A DNA stretch of 63,630 nucleotides, the filler included, from Chiloscyllium plagiosum (taxonomy: Eukaryota): the NCBI RefSeq assembly GCF_004010195.1. It is 6 parts of one record of this genome, joined end to end, with 100 filler letters (N's around TTAATTAATTAA, not from the genome) between each part and the next. Parts side by side here need not be neighbours in the genome. Positions count along the whole stretch, not along the records: positions 1 to 21,128 come from NC_057717.1; positions 21,229 to 28,097 come from NC_057717.1; 4 more parts are not named here. One strand, given 5' to 3'. The number at the start of each line of letters is the position of its first letter. Position 1 is the first letter of the stretch. The notes beneath the pieces are model-generated. The model was not told the DNA's origin and made no database searches. It saw only the letters and a program-made list of their open reading frames with translations. Made by a program: the position numbers and the translations under genes. This document shows, one piece after another, positions 13,520 through 24,842 of the stretch.

Positions 13520-16500
13520 TGTACAATTTTAGAGAGTAATAAGGCTTCCCACACCCCACAGTCCCTACCTGTCCCTGAACGCTTCATGAATGTTGGTAGA
13601 CATAGCGTGCTTCTTCACCAGTGGTATCTGTGCCTGAATGCAACCACAAATGAGGGGCAGGCAGTCGCCATAACGACACCTCCACGGCACTCTGCCTGGA
13701 TCCGTTAATAGACAGCATGGCCAGGACTGGGTCAGACCATGCCCTCTCCCTTTTGCACTCTTGCCCAAAAATCAGTCGTGTGCATCAGAAGTGCAACCCA
13801 AAACATAAAAGAAGACAATTAAGAAAGTTAATATGGGAGTATAAACATCCGGACGCCTCATATACATCGTTCACGACATCTTAAGCACCACAGACTGAAC
13901 AATTGTGCTTGGTGTTCATGAGCCAACTCAACCTGCATTTACATAGAACGGCAGCATGCAGCACCTTGTACCTCACAACACCGAGGGAAATACGGAGTAC
14001 ATCCGCGAAGGGAAGCGTGCAATCGGGATCTCCAATACCCGAGCGTAAATGTGCACGCCAGAATTGGCTCGTGGTAAACATATGCAGCAGCATTCGATAC
14101 AGAGCTGCTGCTTCACGTCGTCAAGCGAGACAAAAGAAAAGTTTCAAAAGTTGTGAAGCACAGGCTCCTGGTTGATGTAGGGCTCCTGTGGTCAAAGTAA
14201 AATTCTGTCCGAGTAGGAGTATGCACAGACTGGATTCAGCAGCATACCTGAGTATCCTCCAACGAGTGCAGAATGGCAGGTACGATCCCTGCCATTCTAA
14301 GACAATGGATGGCAGCGGTTGTGAGCCAGATATCTACCACTGCCCAGTGTGTAAATTCCTGTGGCACTATCCAGAACAGGTCAACTTCCACCCAGCATTT
14401 ACCCAAATCTGGACACCACCATTGTTATAAAACTCTACTCCACCACTCATTCCAATCTGTGCCTGTGAAGGTGTTGATTCCAGAGCAACGGCTGTCTGCT
14501 GCAGAACGCAAATTCTAAGAGGCGGTAGGCNNNNNNNNNNNNNNNNNNNNNNNNNNNNNNNNNNNNNNNNNNNNNNNNNNNNNNNNNNNNNNNNNNNNNN
14601 NNNNNNNNNNNNNNNNNNNNNNNNNNNNNNNNNNNNNNNNNNNNNNNNNNNNNNNNNNNNNNNNNNNNNNNNNNNNNNNNNNNNNNNNNNNNNNNNNNNN
14701 NNNNNNNNNNNNNNNNNNNNNNNNNNNNNNNNNNNNNNNNNNNNNNNNNNNNNNNNNNNNNNNNNNNNNNNNNNNNNNNNNNNNNNNNNNNNNNNNNNNN
14801 NNNNNNNNNNNNNNNNNNNNNNNNNNNNNNNNNNNNNNNNNNNNNNNNNNNNNNNNNNNNNNNNNNNNNNNNNNNNNNNNNNNNNNNNNNNNNNNNNNNN
14901 NNNNNNNNNNNTGCTGCGTACATGGCCTGGCTCTCGCTTATCCTTCACCGATTAGCCGAGTTGATGAAAGTGAGGAGCTCATCAGCGGCATAATTCGAGA
15001 GGGCCACACGCATGCCAAGCCCTGAAAGAACCAGCCACGTCAACATCCTCTGCAAATGGAACAGGAAACACTTCATCTACAGTGAATACAGCTGGCCAGG
15101 CAAGGGGCATGCTCTTCGAAATCAAAGGGATACCATCAGGAACTCCTTACTTTTATCTCGATCCCCTGTCGTGGGGTTCAAAAGTCGTATCCGGACGAAA
15201 AGTTACATCCTGAACTCAAAGGCCCACAAATTCCCGAGCTGATACTTGTCATCGAACTGGTCGGCCTCTCTCTGAGTGTGAGGCATGAAGCTACTCAATA
15301 CACCAGTCCATTAATAAATATGGATCAGTTCTCTGACCAGATGGTCGTGGTCGAGAGTCCCCAGGCCCGAGATCGTGTACGACTTCTCAGGATGGACAAT
15401 GTGGGATTGTATGAATGTCGGGTGCGAAACTGACACCCTTGTCACGATTTAATGATCTGTATTCAGGAGGGAGACCGGACACTTGATCGTAAGTAACCAA
15501 TTGCCCACTTCATTTCTCAGCAAGATGATTTTCGCTCTTCATTAAGAATGTGGCAGCTGTAAGACAGTCCCCAAGGACCTGCTCCTCCTCTGTCCCTAAA
15601 ACATCCCAGAGCATCCTGAAGAATTCCACAGTCAGCCCGTCCAGCCCCAGAGACTTGCCCGAGAGAGCCTGTCGAGGACGGCGGTCAGGTCCTCAAAAGT
15701 GATTGGGGCTTCAATTCTTCGGGAGTTCTCCAGGCTGAGCTGTGGCAGGTCCTCCCACAGACATTGATCATTTTTGCTGGACCGTTACGAAGAGACCAGA
15801 GCCGTGTTATAGGCGTTAACCTGAGACTCGGGACTCGTCGTCGCCCAGCAGCGCAAGGAACTGCTGACAGGTGATATGTCTTTTCCGCTACGAGTCGAAG
15901 AAAGGGTAGCCATGGTCCAGGTGTTGCAGCAGATGGATCAGTGACCTCCTGTATCTGCCCCAAAACCCGAAGAACTGCAGATCACATAGTGCAGCCTTTT
16001 TTCTCTTCATGAACCCCAACGCCAAATCTGAAGGGCCAGATCTGGATCGCGCTGACAGAGATGTGACTCCAGTTCGAGCACCTCCTTCTCCAAATCCTCG
16101 AACCTGGATTACCATCTCTTTCATGAGCCCTTTACGTACTCATGAGAGATGACACTGACATAACTTTATCTGAAATCCCACCATAGAGTCCACTGAGGTT
16201 TTGGATTCCTTCGTGCCGTCTGCTCATGGATCTATACACAACACCATCGTGAAACGACCGGAATTTACTGATGCTAATCTCTATCACCATCATAAAAATT
16301 TGCTCGCCTCAACTGGTGGGTGGATTTGGGGCTGGTTCACACTCCAAATGGCCTGCACTTCGCCTACTGGGCCGGTCCCAGTGTGGACCACCCCCGCTTC
16401 ATTTTCCTGCCGGTATAGAATCAATGAAAGGTGTCCAGTAACTTCTGGTCCTCCTCCAGTAGGTTGTTAAAGTGGCAGTACGTGGACCCGAGCAGGGCGT

Positions 16501-17170
16501 CAAACAGAAGGAGTTTCCACACCAGGTGATGGCCCGTGCATAGCACCAATCAGATGGAGGCCGCCGCAAAACAGGAGGAGTACGCCAATGGGATGCACAG
16601 GCAATCGATTCGCAATGCACCACAGACATCGCAAATGTTTATGTGATGGAGTCAGGATGGGACTTTTTCTAGACGTCATCAATCAAAGGAGTTGACTAAG
16701 TTCCCCACTCACTTCTCTGACTTCAAACCAGTCTGGGCAGCACCATGGTCGCTGGCTTCGAAAGTTCATTTGAAATACCCCAAGAAGAACGCACTGGCCT
16801 TGGTCAATGGTGAAGATATGAATGAACACTTCACCATAGAACATGCCTCAGCCCCAAGGAGGGAGCATAGACGTTTTCAAATTTAAGCATCACAATCCAT
16901 AGTCGCATCCTTTAGTAAAGCAACATTGATCACCAGGTTGTCGGCTGGAAATCTGGGGCCAACAAAGCAGCCACCCCTCGGGATCTCCGTGTGAACTGAC
17001 TCATGATGACCCGTCCATGACACTGCAGAGGCCAGGTGGATTCATTTCTCGAGGTCGGTTTGGGTACTTGCAGAAAGCACAGCGCACGCTTCCCATCCTG
17101 AAATCTTTGGAACCTGCGCTGCGACACTCTTTTGCCGCTAATGTTGAGGCTGGATATTGTAGATTTCATG
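13520..17170 (-). mobile_element. Decayed Tx1/L1-clade LINE ORF2 (APE, RT, C-terminal Cys region), spanning a gap
   Basis: APE N-terminus MKSTISSLNISG...CFLQ...SRGVAALLAP (16930..17169). KSLGLDGLTVEFFRMLWDVLG at ~15600-15660. CPLPGQLY at ~15090. Decayed YADD (TATGCCGCTGATGAG) at ~14985. C-terminal DCLPL...EAFRDR (13565..13768). Confidence 0.8.
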
Positions 17171-17789
17171 TCAGCAGTAGTGTCACAATCAACGGTAAAA
17201 GCGTCAAAAATACTTACTTAGAGGAAGGGGAGTGGTATATATGCTCCGTGCCCGACCCGTCCGTGCATCGATGAGTAGCCTGAACTGCCACCTGTCGTTC
17301 TGATTCCGAACCCTTGTGCGAAATGCAGCCCATATGGACTGGGAGACCAGCCCGAAATTCTTCCAACAGTCAAGTGCCAACTAGTTTTTAAGATGGTGAT
17401 AGACAGTATGGTCAGTAAAATCCTGGGGATTCACGATGGTTTTGCGGGATAAATCTGTGAGCAGAGTGGACGAAGGAGTCCAAAACCTCGCTGGAGATGA
17501 ACTTCATATCGTTCACAACATCCAGCACCAAGCCAGAGCTGTCGTCCTGTCGTGCATTCTCAGAAAACGGCCCCTCCAAGAGCTGGTTCTAATCCCCCAA
17601 TGACACCACCTTCAGCTTCGAGAGCAAGAACGTTCTCGATGCACTTTATCGAGGCCTGCTCTGAGTCAGGATCATTGTATTATAGAAACTTGGGCTCCCT
17701 GCCTCTCTCGATATCAGTACCCTCAGCCAGGGACTGACTTACTCCAGATCCCTCAAAATATTACATCGACTGATAGGTTTGAGTGATAG

Positions 17790-18220
17790 GAAAAGGTTGC
17801 CTCAGCTGGGAATTCGTTTCCATCGAGAGTTGGAGACTATGGGCTGACCGTATACAAGTCAATGAAAACATCAGAGGCATAGATAATATCGATACTCAGT
17901 TGCTTTTCCCCATGGTTCAAGAGACGAAAACTGGACTTGTATGTTTAAAGTGAGAGGGGAGAGATGGAAAAGGGTCCAGTGGGGTATTGTTTTCACAAAT
18001 TTTAAATTGTCTTACACGGGCTGCAAGAGGTACTGGTGGAGGCGAGTAAAATTTTCTCCTTAAAAACAAAACTGTTGTCAGGTACATGTTTGGGATAGGT
18101 GTGGAGGAATATGGACCAAAAGCAGGCAAATGGGTCTAGTTTCGCAATTATACCTGCGTGACATGGAAAAGTTGAGCTGAAGACCGTGTTTACATGCTGG
18201 AAGCTTTTATGACTCTGCTT
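17790..18220 (+). mobile_element. Decayed CR1 3' end
   Basis: Similar to the CR1 terminal region (GAGGCATAGATA..TTTTCCCCATGG..TTTAAAGTGAGAGGG..GGTCCAG). Confidence 0.6.
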
Positions 18221-19399
18221 CCCCCTCACTATATCAGCATTAGCCGCAGGGCCACCCACTATCACTCTCACTTACTACCTCTCTTTCTCTCGTTCCTGGA
18301 TAAACAGCCTTCCATGTGTCTGAAAGGGCCAAACTTTTTGGTGTAGTTCCCGACATCGACTGCCGCACCCTTTGCCCACTCTTCTCCTCGCTTAATGAGG
18401 ACGTTACCCCGAGTCAAAGAGCAAGGGACGTCTCACATTGAGGTTTTAAAACGATATACTAACTGAGTAATTAACAATGTTCAGTGAAGGTCAATTCTCA
18501 CTTTAAAACCATACTCAGTTTCGTTTTCCTCTGGCTGAAGCTAAACGGTTTAGTTCTGCTGCCATCTTGCATTTGTGTCTGTCCAGTGCAAAACGATTCT
18601 CAATGGTTACATTGGACAGGACAGTGGGTCCACACAACATCTTGTTTCACTACTGACCAAGAAGAGAGCGCAGAGGCTCAGTCCTGCACCTCCTCCTTCA
18701 AAAACCTCAGATAATCATCCTAATCTCCGATTTTCACTGCTCTTTGCACTGTCCATGCATCTTCAATAATTTGTGTGCATGTAAACCCAAGTCGCTATGC
18801 TCTTGCATCTCTTTTACAGCTGGGCCTTTCTTCTTATTGTTCTTCATACCAAAATGCATCACCTCACATTTCTTTGCATTATTCCTCTTCTGCCATTTAG
18901 GTGAGCACTACATCAACTTGTCCATGTCCTGTTCGGGTTCTGCACTGTCTTTCACACACTTTGCAATTCTTCCAGATTTGGAGCTATCACAAAGCTCTGA
19001 AATTGTACGAGATTCACACTACGCACAGAACAGCTGAAGTACTGATACAATCTCTCGTGTGAGAATGTGAAGAGTGAAACCCTTATCACAGACCAAAACA
19101 AATGGCAAAAGCCTCCCATGTTTGTATTCCTATGTGGGGATCGGAGTGTGCATTTGTTTGTGTGATTAGTCTGTGTTTATTCTTGTGTGTCTATATAAGT
19201 GTTTGCTTGTTTGTTTGCGTATGTGTGCCTCTGTTAGCATGTGTGTATCTGTGTGTGTATTTGTTTATCTGTACCTGCGAATCTGTATTGGCATCTGTAT
19301 ATGGTTATGGAGCAAGTTGGGCAGTCTGTGAGATGTTTAAGATGCTACAAGGGCAATCTTGTGGCTCAGTCGTCGTGTGCCCACACCTGAACGGTTCCG

Positions 19400-20860
19400 G
19401 GATGTGCTTGACAAGGTTGTAGTGAACATCCTTCTTAACATATTTTACTCCTTGACTGATGCTACCGTCTGCTTCGACCACCTCCTCGGCAGCCTGTTCC
19501 AGGTACTCACCACGTGTTGTGTGAATAACTCGCCTCTCATATCTGTGTAAAGCTCTCCTCCTGAAACTTGAACCTGTGATCTATAGCAATTGCCCCCCCC
19601 CCTTTAAATTGACAACAGCCTCATACTTTCCATCCTATTCTTCTCATTCACAATCTTATAAACGTTTATCAGGTCGCCCCTCAACCTTCTCTTTTCCAGT
19701 GAAAACAATTCTCATCAGTCCAAAATGTATTAATTGCTAAAATCCGCCACATCAGGCAACATCCTAGAAAACGTTTTTCCGAATCCTATCCGAAACATCC
19801 ACGTTCTTCTGTTGATGTGACCAGGGCGAAACGCAATATTTCCAGTGTGGCCGAACTAAATTTCTTTCCAGCTTCAGCATAATTCTTCTGTCATTATCTT
19901 CAACGTCCTTTCCAATGAACGCAAACATTCCATAGCCCTGATTAACCGCTTTGGCTACCTCTGCTGCCATCTTGAATGACCTGCGTATCTGCACATTCAG
20001 ATCCCTCTTCACGTCAGTACTCCTTGGGGATCAGCCATTCACGATATGATCTCCTCATCAACCTGACCGTCCAAACTGCATAACCTCAGATTTGTCCAGA
20101 TTAACCTCCATGTACCACTTTTCTGCTCATGCCTCCAACTTAACTATATCCTGCTGTATCTTCTAACAACATCCTCTCTATCCGCAATTTCACTAATCTT
20201 TTTATGCTTCGCAAACTTACGAATTTGACCAGTTAGCTTTACTGCCAAACCATTTATGCAGACGACGAAAGCAGAGCTCCCAACATGTATGCTTTGGGAA
20301 TACCACAAGTCACAAACTTCCATTCAAAAATTTCATTCTTCCACCACCAGCCTCTGTCTCCTTTGACTAGGTCAGTCAAGCATCCATCTTGCTTGCATGC
20401 AACGATACCATGTGACTTCATCATTGTATCAGTCTGTCATGAGGGAGATTTTGAAAGTATTTACTGAAGTCAATGTAGGCAACGTGAACGTCTTTTCCCT
20501 CATCAATCATTTTTGTCACCTCCGCAAAAATGAACTCAGTTAACAGTGTGAGGCACGATCTCTCTGCACAAATCCGTATTGCTTATCGGTAATGCAGCCA
20601 TTTGTGTCTACAAACGTACAGATCATGCCCCTGACAATTTTTTCCAATCATGTCCCGAGTACTGAAGTGTGGCCCACAGGCCTCATTAAACCCGACATAA
20701 ACAATGGACACACTGTGTATTTCCCTTCCTGGAGGACCACACCTGTGGCTTAACAGGATAAAAAGATGCCTGCCAATGTTCCAGTCATCAGTTCCCTTGC
20801 CTTCCTCAATATCCTGCGACAGATCTCATCAGTACTCTCTATCTTAGTTCCAAGCCATAT
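19400..20860 (-). mobile_element. Decayed CR1 ORF2 RT/3' region
   Basis: ORF 19764..20012 (KRDLNVQIRRSFKMA...YGMFAFI...LVRPHWKYC) is the CR1 C-terminal motif. Confidence 0.75.
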
Positions 20861-21826
20861 GGATGTGACAGCAATTACCTTTTTGAAGGAGGGTCAGAGT
20901 GCGTGAGAGTGAGAGAGAGGAGGCTGGGAAGAGACAGTGAGAGATAGAAAGAGGTATGGAGAAAGCGAGACCGAGATCGTGAGTGTGTAAGAGAAGGTGA
21001 CAATGGAGAAGCAGGATAGAAAAGAAAGAGAAACAGAATGTGGAAGGATTGGCTGAGGTAGCGTGAGATATATAGGGAGGGAGAAGGAGACATCATTGTT
21101 GGAGAGAAAGGAAAGGTAGGAGAAAGAGNNNNNNNNNNNNNNNNNNNNNNNNNNNNNNNNNNNNNNNNNNNNTTAATTAATTAANNNNNNNNNNNNNNNN
21201 NNNNNNNNNNNNNNNNNNNNNNNNNNNNTTACATCTGACCCCTCGAGCCTGCTTCCCCATTCAATAAGATCATGGCTGATCTTTTCGAGGCTCAACTCAA
21301 CCTACCCATCCACTCGCAAAAAGCCTGCACTTGTCAAGTACAAATCTATCTTTGCCTTTACAACATGCAACGTGATAGACTCAACTGCGTCAGGTGGCAG
21401 AGAAATTTACAGATTCACACCCCGTCGGGTACTGAATAATTTCTTCAACCGATTCTTATATCTGCTTGCCGTTATTTTGAAGGTATGTCATTTCGTTTCA
21501 ATTTGACCGACGCGTGGACAACAATGTCCCTGCTTCTATCTTAACTGTTCTCTTCACAAGTTTATATATGGTTATAAGACTTCCTCCATTTTTCTAAATT
21601 CCAATGAGTATCGACTCAGCTATAAAATCTGTCCTCACTAGGCAACCCCCTTCAGTCTAGAATCAATTTTGGGAACCTCCTCTGCATCCCGTACAGTGCC
21701 ATTACATTATTTCCCAAGTAAGAATTTGAAACGTTTTCATAATATTCCAGGTGTGACCTGATCTGCACGTGATACAGCAGTCATATAACCTCAGAGCTTT
21801 GAAAATCCACCCCTATAACAATTAAG

Positions 21827-22039
21827 AGGAGAAAGTGAGGGCTGCAGATGCTGGAGATCAGAGCTGAAAATGTGTTGCTGGAAAAGCGCAGCACGTCAGG
21901 CAGCATCCAATGAACAGGAGAATCGACGTTTCGGGCGTAAGCCCTTCTTCAGGAAGAAGGGATTATGAACGAAACGTCGATTCTCCTGTTCCTTGGATGC
22001 TGCCTGACCTGCTGCGCTTTTCCAGCAACACATTTTCAG
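21827..22039. mobile_element. Palindromic Penelope pLTR-derived mini-element with 14-bp TSD and hammerhead motif
   Basis: Two inverted arms centred near 21951. TSD CTATAACAATTAAG at 21813-21826 and 22040-22053. Confidence 0.8.
21925..21952 (-). ncRNA. Minimal hammerhead ribozyme-like motif
   Basis: The - strand reads CUGAAGA-A-GGGC-UUAC-GCCC-GAAA-CG-UC: CUGANGA box, helix II hairpin, GAAA, UH. Matches the minimal HHR pattern reported in Penelope-like element repeats. Confidence 0.6.
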
Positions 22040-24546
22040 CTATAACAATTAAGGACAATATTCCATTGTCTTTCTTAATGACCTGCTGCAACTGAAAATC
22101 ATGCACAAGGACATTCAGGGCCCTCTGCACCGCAGCATGCTGCAACTTTTGTCCATTTATATAATAGACATTATTTCTGTTATTCCTGTCAAAATGGATG
22201 ACTTTACATTTAACAGCATAGTATTGCACTTGCCACACCCTTGTCCACTCACTTAACCTCTCTCTCTATCCTTCTCCTGCTTTTGCCGTACCACTCATTA
22301 TAGTGTCATCTGCGAACATTGACACACTACACTTGACCTCTAATTCGAAATTATCAATATCAATTGGAAACGATTGCGATTCCAGCACTGATCCCAGAGA
22401 CATACCAGTAGACATTGATTGCCAAAACCAAAACAAAACGATTTTCCCACACTTATTGTTTTCTATGCATTAGCCAATCGTCGACACATGCTACTCCATT
22501 ACAAATAATGCCGTACACCATTACCTGTTGCAGCAGCCTTTGTATATTTCCTTGATCAAGGACATCTGGAGATTCACATGCACCACATACGAGTGTTATC
22601 CATTGTCCACTGTGCCCGTAATGAACTGTAAGAATTCCATGTCTGAAATATGTCGTATGAATATGTTCAAACAATATTTCAATCAGGAATGGGATCAAAA
22701 GGATAACACGCCATTTGTTACAACTGAGACCTCTGTCGTCACTATAGATAGTTCTGAACTTGACATTCCTAAAATTGAATAAGACAATGAGGATGTTCTT
22801 GAAAACTGGGCTAAATTATTGAACACCAGAAGAAAGCTTGTAACAATCCCTTGGAGAGATATATGGGATTCAGCAGGGAACTGAGCATGCATCATGTGGA
22901 AATAGGAAATCCTGTTCTCTTGAAGCAACACGCTTTTCGGCCCAATGCACTAAAATACAGAAGGCTTCAGAAAGAGATTGCAAGCGTGTTCAATGAAAGT
23001 TTAAACGTTGAGAACAGCGACTCCAGTCCACTGCTGCCTCCTATCCCGGGAAACGCGCGTGATGTTTGCTCTGTTTGGTTCACCAGAGAATTGTGGCTAC
23101 ATTAATGCCACTTTTGTGAATTTGTTCACAGATACTGCAATATTGTCCTTGGGTTGAATACGCAGGATTAAATCAAAAGATCAACGAAAATTTTGATTTT
23201 CCATCGAAAACGCACCCAGTGTGAAGTAAGTCTACACGAATTCACTGCCCACCCTTTGAAGAATATGTAATATTTACAGACCGCAGCCTGACACCAAACT
23301 TTTGCTCTTTCGCAATCAATACAACATCGGGCTTTAAAATAAAGTGATATGGGTTAAGTACCAGCAAATTGAATTGCTTCCATTTGTTAAATCATTCGAG
23401 CATGGACGAGATGGGTCGAAGAGGCTGTTCCTGTGCTGCATAACTCCAGGACATTGTGAACAAGGTTCCATTCATTGAAACTGTTTTTTCAGCAATAGCA
23501 GCCATGAATACAGACCTCCATCACCCTCTGTCTCTTATTCGCCCAAGTTGCGCATCATCCTGAACCCCAGAAAAGCACCATTCTCTTTCCTGATCTTGAA
23601 ACCCGAACTTGTGAAGGCCAAGATCAGAATGACAAATTGTCTGCCCCTAATTCGCCCGCCTCCTTCAACTTCCTTCCAGTGCCATTCCATTGAGCTCCAC
23701 AGTCCCTCTCGGGGAAACTGGACATCATCTCTACATCGTGATGGTGATTATGGGGTCTTACCCCAAATGTAAGATGTTGCTCAAAGCTTCACCTAAATCG
23801 GTAACCAACTGTGGAAGCAGTGTCCGATGACGTTGATACCACAGATGTGTGTAAGTAGGTGATTAATTTCAAGCCCACAGCTGACGTGACCTTTCCAGCT
23901 CGTTGCACCAGTTGAAGTGCGTATTGCATGGAAATCATGAAACCTCTCAGCCTCGTCTTGCAAACTTTACACTTTTTTCAACATCACAACATTTTACAAA
24001 GCTTTATGGCTCTCAAATTAGTTCTGCATTTTTTGCACAACTATCTGTATTTTGACCATTCCTTCCTCTGTCCGAAAGCTTGTTTTTGCGAGGGGCATGG
24101 CTGGATATAGAAGCATCCTGCAAAATTGTTTTTTTTTTGTTCTTCTGCAATGTATCACAATAGCAGTGACCCAAAATAAAAAGCGATAATATGGTTGCTT
24201 CCAACTCTCATTGAGGGTCACCACCAACTGAGGAGTTAAAATATAAATATTCTGGTATTTTCTCAGACTGTGCATTACAGACTGATCGACCTTACAATCA
24301 GTAGTCACAGCACGAGCAAAAACTAAAAAGTGAGATGAAGGATTTGAGTTTCAGAGCGCGGAAACACAGTTTGTCGCAATTGTGAGGGACAAACCTGAAA
24401 TGATCAGACAGAAGTGTTTTGGTCCTGAAAGGTTGAGAGACTTGCAAAAGCAAAACAAGACAATAAAAGATATATATTACATGCATATTCTGTACAGGAG
24501 GGAAAGGATATTCATGAAGGTAATTATCAAAAAGACACCGTGCGTG

Positions 24547-24838
24547 GGCGGCACGGTGGCACAGTGGTTAGCACTGCTGCCTCACAGCGTCGGAGACCCG
24601 GGTTCAATACCCGCCTCAGGCGACTGACTGTGTGGAGTTTGCACGTTGTCTGCGTGGGTTTCCTCCGGGTGCTCCGGTTTCCTCCCACAGTCACAAAGAT
24701 GTGCTAAATTGCCCGTAGGGTTAAGTAAGGGGTAAATGTAGGGGTATGGGTGAGTTGCGCTTCGGCGGGTCGGTGTGGACTTGTTGGCCCGAAGGGCCTG
24801 TTTCCACACTGTAATGTAATCTAATCGAAAAAAAAAAG
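24547..24838 (+). mobile_element. HE1-like SINE with A-rich tail
   Basis: GGCGGCACGGTGGCACAGTGGTTAGCACTGCTGCCTCACAGCG...GGTTCAATACCC head; CR1-like GGCCCGAAGGGCCTGTTTCCACACTGTAA tail; poly(A). Confidence 0.9.
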
Positions 24839-24842
24839 ACTA

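Larger units (their letters stand above)
21229..22560 (-). mobile_element. Decayed CR1 3' region hosting a Penelope-derived hairpin insert
   Basis: WQVQYYAVKCKVIHFDRNN (21963..22238); the CR1 sequence is continuous on both sides of 21827-22039. Confidence 0.75.

Noticed and set aside
19102..19422. Hydrophobic, Cys/Val-rich ORF (also 55888-56303)
   Set aside because: It is the translation of degenerate (TG)n simple repeats.
21173..21184. TTAATTAATTAA within N runs (also at ~28142, ~47468, ~52821, ~59987)
   Set aside because: The identical 12-mer with stops in all frames, centred in equal-length N runs, is an artificial contig linker. Adjacency across these points is unreliable.
24547..24625. 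tRNA-like sequence with A/B boxes
   Set aside because: It is the head of a SINE present in several copies, not a tRNA gene.
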